Of a stretch of DNA of 64,000 nucleotides, positions 56,563-64,000 are shown one piece after another; the stretch's first letter is position 1; every line of letters starts with the position of its first letter. This DNA is from a virus (lineage: Duplodnaviria > Caudoviricetes). The stretch lies in IMG/VR virus record IMGVR_UViG_2898545487_000004, positions 879 through 64,878 of that record. The stretch is one strand, 5' to 3'. Under the pieces are notes generated by a model. It had not been told where the DNA came from, did no database searches, and saw only the letters and a list, made by a program, of their open reading frames with translations. The position numbers and the translations under genes were made by a program.

Positions 56563-57129
56563 ATGAGCATCGAAGCCTTGCTCAAGGCGCACACCGAGGC
56601 GCTGGAAGCCAACACCGAACAACTGAAAATTCTCAACGCCGGTCGCGCCGAAGCGATCGAAAAGCTGACCGCGAACGATGCGGGTGCGACGGCGACGCGC
56701 AAGCCGCGCGCATCGAAGAAGGCCGAGGAAGCGACTGCAGCGGCCGAACCCGCGTCGGCTCCGAAGGACGACACTGCCCCGGCGTCGTCGAAGACTGGGA
56801 AATGGAACCCCGACATCAGCGACGACGGACTCCGCGCGCTCGCCGGTAAGCTCGTTGCCAAGGTCGCACCCGACCAGTCGAATAAGGCCGAGATCGCCGG
56901 CGCGCTCACGTCGATCAATCAGGAACTCGGCACGCCGAAGCTCGTCGGAGCCGACAGCACGCTCGACGACGATGGCAAGCGCAAGGCCGCGTTCTTCCTG
57001 ACGCGGTTCGTCAACGACATGTCGGTCGATTTCAACGCCGACTATGACTTCGGCGAAGATCCGCTGCGCCAGGCGGTCGAGCCTGCCGCGGAAGAAGCCG
57101 CTGGCGACGACGGCTTCGACATCGGCTGA
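56563..57129 (+). CDS. Chi-like replication-region hypothetical protein
   Basis: MSIEALLKAHTEALEANT; Ala/Lys linker; acidic tail DDGFDIG*. Confidence 0.75.
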   Translation: MSIEALLKAHTEALEANTEQLKILNAGRAEAIEKLTANDAGATATRKPRASKKAEEATAAAEPASAPKDDTAPASSKTGKWNPDISDDGLRALAGKLVAKVAPDQSNKAEIAGALTSINQELGTPKLVGADSTLDDDGKRKAAFFLTRFVNDMSVDFNADYDFGEDPLRQAVEPAAEEAAGDDGFDIG

Positions 57130-57146
57130 CGGACAGCCGATCACCA

Positions 57147-58346
57147 ATGCTAAGGGACTCCCTCCACGCCAAACTCGCGCCGTCCGCGGCAAACTTCTGG
57201 GCGAATTGTCCAGGGTGGGTTGAAGCGTGCGAGGGCATCCCGAACGACACCAATCGTTACGCCGCCGAGGGCACCGTCGCACACAAATATCGCGACTTCT
57301 GCCTGAAAACCGGCACGTTTGCCGAGCAATTCATCGGCCAAACCGAGATTTACCAAGGGACGGAGTCGCGCTGGAACGGCGAATCGTTCGACGTCGCACC
57401 TGTCACCTACGAATTTACCTGGACCGAGGATGACGCGCGCTTGCTGCAATTCGGCATCGACGAGGTTCGCATCTTCGAGGGTGAATTCTTCGGGGAGTAT
57501 CGCGTCGATATATCGAAGTGGCTTGGACCTGATCAGTTCGGCACGCTCGACGCGGCGATCGTCTCCGATGACCTGATCGTCATCAACGACCACAAATGGG
57601 GTCGCTACATCCCGGTCTCGGCGGTGCAGAACAAGCAGATGATGCTGTATGCGCTCGGCTTCTGGTGGAACGTCGCGCGCAACGTGTCGTCCGCAAAGGA
57701 TTTCCTGATCATCATTGATCAGCCGCGCTGCTACGGCGGTGGCGGTCGATGGCACGTCACCCTCGACGAGTTGCTGGCGTTCGGCGAGACGATCGGCGCG
57801 CTTGCCGAAGCAGCCCTGACGCCGGGCGCTCCGCGTCGCGCCGGAACGCAATGCGGATATTGCCTGCGGCTTCAGCACTTCGGGTGCGACGCGCACGACA
57901 ATCTCATGAAGGATCTGACCATGGAAGCTGAACAGGTGCGCGAGATTGGTCGCGCCGTGACGCCCGAGCAGCGCAGCCGCCTGATCCTCCATAAAGGGAT
58001 GATCGAAAAGTGGCTCGACGAACTCGCGAAGAATGCACTGGTCGATTATCTCGACGGGAAGCAGGTTCCGTTGCTGAAGGCCATCGAAGGTCGCGCGAAC
58101 CCGCGAAAATATGTCGACGATGAGGCAGCGACAGTGCGTCTCACCGAAACGCTCGGCGACCGCGCCATGGCGCCGCCCAAAGTTCTCTCGCCGACGCAGC
58201 TGGAAAAGCTGATCGGCCCAACGCTCACGGACGCCGCATTCGGCGATCTGATCACCCGCAAACCTTCGACGCCGGTTCTCGTCCCGGTGGAGGATAGCCG
58301 CCCGGCAATACCCGTCGTGACGGCGATGTTCGACGATATCGAATAG
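57147..58346 (+). CDS. DUF2800 Cas4-like PD-(D/E)XK exonuclease
   Basis: HAKLAPS...CPG, AAEGTVAH, FGTLD, DHKWG, QMMLYALG, QCGYC. Confidence 0.9.
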   Translation: MLRDSLHAKLAPSAANFWANCPGWVEACEGIPNDTNRYAAEGTVAHKYRDFCLKTGTFAEQFIGQTEIYQGTESRWNGESFDVAPVTYEFTWTEDDARLLQFGIDEVRIFEGEFFGEYRVDISKWLGPDQFGTLDAAIVSDDLIVINDHKWGRYIPVSAVQNKQMMLYALGFWWNVARNVSSAKDFLIIIDQPRCYGGGGRWHVTLDELLAFGETIGALAEAALTPGAPRRAGTQCGYCLRLQHFGCDAHDNLMKDLTMEAEQVREIGRAVTPEQRSRLILHKGMIEKWLDELAKNALVDYLDGKQVPLLKAIEGRANPRKYVDDEAATVRLTETLGDRAMAPPKVLSPTQLEKLIGPTLTDAAFGDLITRKPSTPVLVPVEDSRPAIPVVTAMFDDIE

Positions 58347-58353
58347 GAGTACA

Positions 58354-58596
58354 ATGATGTCCGCTGACATTGATCCCGCGCCGACCGAATTTTCGGAAGA
58401 ACAGATCGAGTCCGACAAGATCCTGTATTATTTCCATTACAGCCATCTGCCCGACCACCTGCAACGCGCCTCGCGACCATTCTGCGATCTGGCGCGGCAC
58501 ATCGTCGAAACCATCCCGCGCAACGCCGAACGCACCGTTGCCCTCCGCAAACTGCTCGAAGCGAAGGACGCCGCCGTCAGGGCGAACGTCGGATAA
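58354..58596 (+). CDS. Small helical-hairpin protein (conserved phage family; possibly Acb2/Tad1-hairpin-like)
   Basis: FHYSHLPDHLQ...LARHIVETIPRNAERTVALRKLLEAKDAAVRA. Confidence 0.6.
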   Translation: MMSADIDPAPTEFSEEQIESDKILYYFHYSHLPDHLQRASRPFCDLARHIVETIPRNAERTVALRKLLEAKDAAVRANVG

Positions 58597-58620
58597 TCCA
58601 CACGAATAGGAGAAATTATC

Positions 58621-59310
58621 ATGGCAGAACAATTGAACGTTCCCGACAAACGCGTTGTGAAAATGAATCGCGTCCGCCTGTCGTGGACCGACAGTCTCAA
58701 GACGAAGTCGCGACCGAAAGGCGTCGACGACGGCAAGGAAAAATATAACTGCAACATCATCATTCCGTCCGACCACCCCAAATTCAAAGAATATCTGCAG
58801 GCCTGCGTGGGCGCGATCGAGGAATCGGGCGCGCAGCAGTGGGGCAAGAAGGACGCATGGAAGACGATTCAGGAGGACAATCCCAAGCGCATCTGCCTGA
58901 AGAAGGGCGAGCGATTCAAGAACGAAGACGGTGAAATCTATGACGGCTACGAAGGCAATTACGCTTTCCCCGCCACAGGTCCGAAGGGTGGCGACGAACG
59001 TCCAAAACTGCTGGATCGCCACAAGCGCAACGTGGAAGAAGCCGATATTCTCGACGTGTTCTACAGCGGTAGTTACGCCGACGTGATCGTCTCGTTCTTC
59101 GGCACTGACAAGGGGGGTCGTGGCATCTTCTGTCAGGTCAACGGCATCCGCTCGCACCAGGAAGGCGACCGTCTCGCGGGCGGCGGTATCACCGTCACCA
59201 ACGACATGTTCGACGATCTCGAAGACGACAATGCGTTCGACGACGCGCCGGCCTCATGTGACGGTGAATCGTCATCGTCCAGCGGCGGCGACGATTTCGA
59301 TATCGGCTGA
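58621..59310 (+). CDS. ssb: DUF2815 single-stranded DNA-binding protein
   Basis: VRLSW...KYNCNIII...FYSGSYADV...GIFCQVNGI; acidic tail DDFDIG*. Confidence 0.88.
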   Translation: MAEQLNVPDKRVVKMNRVRLSWTDSLKTKSRPKGVDDGKEKYNCNIIIPSDHPKFKEYLQACVGAIEESGAQQWGKKDAWKTIQEDNPKRICLKKGERFKNEDGEIYDGYEGNYAFPATGPKGGDERPKLLDRHKRNVEEADILDVFYSGSYADVIVSFFGTDKGGRGIFCQVNGIRSHQEGDRLAGGGITVTNDMFDDLEDDNAFDDAPASCDGESSSSSGGDDFDIG

Positions 59311-59318
59311 TCCGCGAA

Positions 59319-59366
59319 TCACGCGAAACGTGACAATGCCGCCCCACAGTGGTCGTGGGGCGGCAT
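59319..59366 (+). promoter_or_regulatory. Operator followed by a 12-bp hairpin upstream of the polymerase
   Basis: TCACGCGAAACGTGA (59319-59333); ATGCCGCCCCAC-agtggtc-GTGGGGCGGCAT (59336-59366). Confidence 0.75.
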
Positions 59367-59388
59367 CCAACTGACCAGAGGAAGCAGG

Positions 59389-61311
59389 ATGATCCGCGAG
59401 CAAATCGCCGTCGATATCGAGATCATGGGAAAATCCGGCCTATCACCGGAATTCCAACTCGGCTTCAAGCGCCGTCACGACGGCAAGGTCATCCAGTACC
59501 GCACCCGCACCCGTCTTACCGACGCCGAGATTGCTCGCATCCGCGCGATAATGACCGGCTACGAGATCGTGTCGTTCAACGGCAACAATTTCGACATTCC
59601 GCTGATATTCCTCGCGCTGCAGGGCGCAACGGTCGACGAGATCAAGGAAGCGTCGAGCCGCATCATCAACGGCAAGCTGAAATATTGGGAGACGCCGCGC
59701 ATCCTCGGGATCGACATTCCGCGGCTTAACCACATCGACCTGATCGAACCGCAACCGAACGCATGGGCAAGCCTCAAGATGCTCAATGGTCGCCTGCACG
59801 GACAGAAGATGCAGGATCTCCCCTATCACCACGACGCGGAGATCACCGACGAGCAGTTCGACGAGATCGCCGCCTATAACGTCAACGACCTGGACGCGAC
59901 GCTGCTGCTGCTCGACGCGCTCGAAGAACCGCTCAAGATGCGCGAGGCGATCGGCGCCGAATATGGCATGGATTTCCGGTCGAAGTCCGACGCGCAGATC
60001 GGCGAGGCCATCATTCGCAAGCGATCCGAGGAAGCGCTTGGTCGACGCATCGAAAAGGTTGATCTGAATAAGGTCGCCGGCACCAAGTTCCGATATCAGC
60101 CGCCCGATTATCTGCAATTTGAGACGGAGCAACTGCGCGCCATTCTTGAGCGCATCCGCGAGACGGATTTCTTCATCAACTATCAGGGCAAGGTCAGCTT
60201 GCCGGATTGGTTGGGTGATGCCGACGTCATCATCGGCGATACGCGCTACCAGATGGGCATCGGCGGGCTACATTCCACCGAAAAGAATCGCTCCGTCTAC
60301 GCCGACGACTACGCGAAGTTGTTCGATTTCGACGTTGCGTCCTACTATCCGGCGATCATCCTCGGATCGGGCCTCTTCCCACAGGCCATCGGCCCCGTGT
60401 TCCTCGATATCTATCGGAAGATCCGCGAAGAGCGCATCATTGCGAAGCGCGAGGGTAATAAGGTCACCGACCAGGGGCTCAAGATTGCCCTGAACGGCAC
60501 CTTCGGCAAGATGGGATCAGTCTGGTCCATCCTATACGCCCCGCACCTGATGATCGCCGTCACGCTCACCGGGCAGCTTGCCCTGCTGATGCTGATCGAG
60601 CGCGCCGAACAGGTCGGAATCCCCGTCGTCAGCGCCAACACCGACGGCGTCGTATTCCGCTGCCCGCGGCACCTCGAGCGCGAGTTGTTCGAGTTGACGC
60701 GCCAATGGGAGAGCGATACCGGCTTCGAACTCGAGTCCACAGAGTATCTGTCGCTACACAGCCAGTCGGTGAACACCTACATCGCGATCAAGCCCGACGG
60801 CAAAGCGAAGCGGAAAGGCGTTCTCGCGAACCCGCGCGCCGAGGGTGACCTTCGCACGCAGATGATGAATTCCCCGTCGATGAACGTCTGTGCCGACGCG
60901 GCAGTCGCTCACATCCTGCACGGAACGCCCGTCGATCAGTTCATTCGCGAGTGCCGCGACGTGCGCGACTTCGTAACGGTGGTTCAGGCGAAGGGTGGCG
61001 CCACCTGGCGCGACGAGTATCTCGGCAAGGTCGTCCGTTTCACCTGGTCGACCGACGGCGACGACATTCTCTATTCCGAACCGCACCCAGAGACGGGCAA
61101 CTTCAAGAAGGTGTCCCGCAGCGACGGTTCGCGACCGCTCATGGAACTGCCCGACGAGTTTCCCGACGACATCGACTATTCGGCCTATGTCCGCACCGCA
61201 AACGAAATCCTGCTCGACGTCGGCTACCTGAAACGTCCACCTGTCGCGCCGAAGGCCAAGGTATATAGCTACAACCGCAGGGGCTGGCTGATCGCGTCGA
61301 TCGCGGCGTGA
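59389..61311 (+). CDS. DNA polymerase, family B-like (Chi type) with 3'-5' exonuclease
   Basis: VDIE, SFNGNNFD, YNVND; DFDVASYYP, KIALNGTFGK, SANTDG. Confidence 0.92.
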   Translation: MIREQIAVDIEIMGKSGLSPEFQLGFKRRHDGKVIQYRTRTRLTDAEIARIRAIMTGYEIVSFNGNNFDIPLIFLALQGATVDEIKEASSRIINGKLKYWETPRILGIDIPRLNHIDLIEPQPNAWASLKMLNGRLHGQKMQDLPYHHDAEITDEQFDEIAAYNVNDLDATLLLLDALEEPLKMREAIGAEYGMDFRSKSDAQIGEAIIRKRSEEALGRRIEKVDLNKVAGTKFRYQPPDYLQFETEQLRAILERIRETDFFINYQGKVSLPDWLGDADVIIGDTRYQMGIGGLHSTEKNRSVYADDYAKLFDFDVASYYPAIILGSGLFPQAIGPVFLDIYRKIREERIIAKREGNKVTDQGLKIALNGTFGKMGSVWSILYAPHLMIAVTLTGQLALLMLIERAEQVGIPVVSANTDGVVFRCPRHLERELFELTRQWESDTGFELESTEYLSLHSQSVNTYIAIKPDGKAKRKGVLANPRAEGDLRTQMMNSPSMNVCADAAVAHILHGTPVDQFIRECRDVRDFVTVVQAKGGATWRDEYLGKVVRFTWSTDGDDILYSEPHPETGNFKKVSRSDGSRPLMELPDEFPDDIDYSAYVRTANEILLDVGYLKRPPVAPKAKVYSYNRRGWLIASIAA

Positions 61312-61323
61312 TGCGGTGATGAT

Positions 61324-62823
61324 GTGATGCACGTCGTCGAAGCGCGTCAATGGCTTGCGCTAAGCGTGGCCGACTCCTTCCTCGACAGCCCACCTGTTCC
61401 ATTTTCGTCGTTCGATGTGTCGCCCGGCGCGCGCTGGTTCCAGTTGCTCATTATCGAAAAGCTGGAAAAGCTGATCGCTCTCGGGTTTAGGCGAATTCTG
61501 GTGGTGCTTCCGACAGGTGGGGGGAAGACCCGCCTCGCGATCGAACTGTTCAAATCGGCGCTGAAGCACGGTCACACCGCGCAATTCGTCGTGCATCGCA
61601 AGGAACTGACAGATCAGACGTCCGAAGCGTTCGTCGAACAGGATCTTCCGCACAGCTTCATCACGTCGACCGACCCTTATGACCCGTCCTTCGCCGCGAC
61701 GATCGCCGGCGTTCAGACTCTCGTGTCGCGTCTGGCGCGTCTCGCCGCGCCGGATCTGGTCATCATTGATGAAGCGCATCACGCCGCCGCGGGATCATGG
61801 TCGAAGGTGATGACGGCGTACCGCGGCGCGGTGCAGATCGGTCTGACCGCAACACCGCAGCGCCTCGACGGCAAGGGTCTCGACGGCCAATTCGACGCGA
61901 TGATCATCGGCCCGACGGTCCAGCAGTTGATCGATGAAAAATTCCTGTCCCCCTATAGTTATTATGCGCCTGACATTCCCGACGTCTCGAAGATCCCGTC
62001 ACTAGCGGGCGATTACAAGCGCGACAGTCTGCGCGAGCTCATGGACCGTCCACATCTCATCGGTGACATGGTCGAGCACTATGATCGCCTCGCGCGCGGC
62101 AAGACCGGCATCCTGTTCGCGACATCGATCGAGCATAGTCGGAACCTCGCGGCGGCGTTCAGTGCCGAAGGCTTCAGGACCGCCCACATCGACGGAACGA
62201 CGATGGACCGTCACGAGCGGCGCCGCATCATGGAGGATTTCAAGGCCGGATATTATCCGTTGCTGTCGGCAGTCGATCTGATCGGCGAAGGGCTCGACGT
62301 GCCGGGTGTCGTCTATATCGGCGGCGGTCGCCCGTCCAAATCACTCGTCTTCCACAAACAAAGCATCGGTCGCGCGCTGCGCATGTTCCCAGGGAAAGAT
62401 GAAGCTGTCATCTGCGACCATGCGGGCAATTTTATGCACCACGGCGGGCCGACGTCTGAATATGACTGGTCGTTGCAAGGACGCGCTACCGCAGCCGGCG
62501 CGCGCGGCCCGTCAGACGCGATACCGGTACGCCGCTGCCTGCAATGCTTTCAGGTCAGCTTCAGCCCGGCGAAAGTCTGCCCGTGCGGCGCAGAGTTTCC
62601 GGTGCAGAGTCGCGAGATCGAGACGCGCGAGGGGAAACTGACGAAGGTCGACGCCGCCGCGGCGAAGGAAGCGAAACGCAAGGCGCAGATCGCCCGCGTC
62701 CTCGAAGAGAAGGAATGCACCCGCTGGTCCGACTTCGAGGCGCTTGCACGGAGGCGCGGTTACAAGAACCCCGGAGGATGGGCGCGCCTCAAGATGAGTC
62801 TCAAATCAGGAGCCGGTAAATGA
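61324..62823 (+). CDS. Superfamily 2 DExH helicase with C-terminal Zn motif
   Basis: LPTGGGKT, IDEAHH, LTATP, QSIGRALR, CLQC...CPCG. Confidence 0.92.
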   Translation: MMHVVEARQWLALSVADSFLDSPPVPFSSFDVSPGARWFQLLIIEKLEKLIALGFRRILVVLPTGGGKTRLAIELFKSALKHGHTAQFVVHRKELTDQTSEAFVEQDLPHSFITSTDPYDPSFAATIAGVQTLVSRLARLAAPDLVIIDEAHHAAAGSWSKVMTAYRGAVQIGLTATPQRLDGKGLDGQFDAMIIGPTVQQLIDEKFLSPYSYYAPDIPDVSKIPSLAGDYKRDSLRELMDRPHLIGDMVEHYDRLARGKTGILFATSIEHSRNLAAAFSAEGFRTAHIDGTTMDRHERRRIMEDFKAGYYPLLSAVDLIGEGLDVPGVVYIGGGRPSKSLVFHKQSIGRALRMFPGKDEAVICDHAGNFMHHGGPTSEYDWSLQGRATAAGARGPSDAIPVRRCLQCFQVSFSPAKVCPCGAEFPVQSREIETREGKLTKVDAAAAKEAKRKAQIARVLEEKECTRWSDFEALARRRGYKNPGGWARLKMSLKSGAGK

Positions 62824-63248
62824 GCGAATTCGACGATCTGATCGGAGTCCCATCCCCGCTGCCGCGCCGCAAGCAGTCCGAAAAGGCGATCCAGAACGAA
62901 ATTCTGGTCGCCGTGTCGCAGCAGCCCGGCGCGCTCGTCTGGCGCAACAACACGGGCCAGGCGTGGCAGGGTCAGCGCCTGCGTCTCCCGGTCGGGCAGA
63001 AGTTCGAAATGCTGCCCGGCATGGTGGTGCTTGCAGAAGCGCGACCCGTTGATTTCGGCTGTCCGGGTTCACCTGACATCATCGGCTCCGTAAAAGGTCG
63101 AGCGGTAGGAATTGAGGTCAAGGCGGACGGTGGTTACCAATCTCGTTTACAAAAGAGATTTGAAGCGGCCTGGAGCGGGACAGGCGCATTGTATGGATGC
63201 GCCAAATCGGTCGCCGAGGCGTTAGGAATCATTGACAGATCACGCTAA
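62820..63248 (+). CDS. VRR-NUC domain nuclease
   Basis: EKAIQNEI, WRNNTG, GSPDIIG, GIEVK...Q. Confidence 0.9.
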   Translation: MSEFDDLIGVPSPLPRRKQSEKAIQNEILVAVSQQPGALVWRNNTGQAWQGQRLRLPVGQKFEMLPGMVVLAEARPVDFGCPGSPDIIGSVKGRAVGIEVKADGGYQSRLQKRFEAAWSGTGALYGCAKSVAEALGIIDRSR

Positions 63249-63274
63249 AAGCATACATGTCACCCCTAACGTGA
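63232..63274 (+). promoter_or_regulatory. Repressor promoter with operator
   Basis: TTGACA at 63232-63237; TCACCCCTAACGTGA at 63260-63274. Confidence 0.72.
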
Positions 63275-63301
63275 ATACTCACCAGTTAGGAGTGATACTT
63301 T

Positions 63302-64000
63302 ATGAGGGCCAGGAACGCAAAGCTGCCTCGCGGCAAAGCGAAAAAGACACCTGTCCATCAGGGCTTCGCTGAGCGGTTGACCGCGGCTGCAGACAACAAC
63401 CCGAACTTCCCTCCAATGCACCAAGGACGCTACGTCTATCTTGTTGAACAAATGGAGAAGTATGATGTCTCCATCACGATGGAGACCGCTCGGAAATGGT
63501 TCAAGGGTGAAACGATCCCTACACAGGAGAAAATGGTCTATCTGACCCGGATTATGAATGTCGATTTGAACTGGCTTTCAATGGGTGAAGTGGCCGCGAG
63601 CGAGGCCGCTGCCCGACGTCATCTCAAGGACGAAGCAGACTCCACGGTGAATATCGTATACGACTTGCTACTCGCAGCTGGTGCGAGGGCTCGCTTCGCT
63701 GACGGCGATGATGCGAAGAAGCACGGTGTCGATCTCCATGTCGTGATCAAGGGGGCCAGTTATAAGTTCTGCGTCGTGACGGGTGAGTATGTCGATAAAT
63801 CGTCGGCACGCTTCATGCAGCGCGAGGCCGGCGAAGACGTGATCACCCTCGGCGTCATTTCCGAGGATGACGATTTCCGGTTCAATATTTTCGATCTGTC
63901 ACAAGCAACGATCGCAGCGGGAAGCGACGGTTGGAGCGCACCGATGGCGGTGTCTGATTTGGAAGAACGTCGCATTCGGTCGTTCGCACAGCGAATCTGA
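63302..64000 (+). CDS. XRE-family HTH repressor-like protein lacking an S24 autocleavage domain
   Basis: FAERL...ITMETARKWFKGETIP...DLNWLSMG; C-terminal domain has no Ser/Lys peptidase motifs. Confidence 0.8.
   Translation: MRARNAKLPRGKAKKTPVHQGFAERLTAAADNNPNFPPMHQGRYVYLVEQMEKYDVSITMETARKWFKGETIPTQEKMVYLTRIMNVDLNWLSMGEVAASEAAARRHLKDEADSTVNIVYDLLLAAGARARFADGDDAKKHGVDLHVVIKGASYKFCVVTGEYVDKSSARFMQREAGEDVITLGVISEDDDFRFNIFDLSQATIAAGSDGWSAPMAVSDLEERRIRSFAQRI

Larger units (their letters stand above)
1..64000. mobile_element. Temperate Chi/Nazgul-like siphophage genome or prophage (nearly complete; att sites not visible)
   Basis: Integrase, excisionase-like gene and repressor plus complete packaging, head, tail, lysis and replication modules in Chi-like order. 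Confidence 0.93.

Noticed and set aside
390-63274. TCAC-N7-GTGA as a CRP/FNR or CtrA site
   Set aside because: CRP is TGTGA-N6-TCACA (opposite half-site order and spacing), FNR is TTGAT-N4-ATCAA, and CtrA is the direct repeat TTAA-N7-TTAA; none match
1-64000. tRNA/rRNA genes, IS elements and att core repeats
   Set aside because: No cloverleaf, rRNA, transposase or terminal direct repeat seen by eye; att sites probably lie outside the window. tRNAscan-SE would be decisive.

Overview
The window is almost one whole temperate tailed-phage genome or prophage (GC roughly 60-65% by eye). It runs from the 3' end of a tyrosine integrase to the stop codon of a repressor-like gene. Its backbone is Chi/Nazgul-like (Casjensviridae-like): DUF1441 TerS, GpA TerL, lambda-type portal/S49 protease/capsid, long tail, Prim-Pol/VirE primase, DUF2800 nuclease, DUF2815 SSB, family-B-like polymerase, SF2 helicase and VRR-NUC. 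An alphaproteobacterial host is inferred from a GapR homolog, GAACA-N6-GAACA SOS boxes and a CtrA-like domain. Gene order: int-alpA-methyltransferases interleaved with terminase genes; head and tail; lysis; a long leftward accessory arm (31.9-50.5 kb); a repeat-rich non-coding ori/cos candidate (50.5-51.6 kb); replication genes; repressor. Standout observations: (1) an acidic-hydrophobic-Ile-Gly peptide tag (DLIG-like) at the termini of 16 unrelated ORFs; (2) a genome-wide palindromic operator TCAC-N7-GTGA (18 perfect copies), often overlapping promoters and GANTC sites; (3) an intact-looking Hint autoprocessing domain at the C-terminus of the tail-tip protein; (4) a C5-methyltransferase locus with a LAGLIDADG intein whose +1 residue is Ser instead of the catalytic Cys, a nested +1-frame ORF and a frameshift beside a G9 tract; (5) two SOS-boxed orphan genes, candidate antirepressors for a repressor lacking an autocleavage domain; (6) a candidate anti-Shine-Dalgarno sRNA. 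Family assignments come from motif recognition by eye, not database searches.
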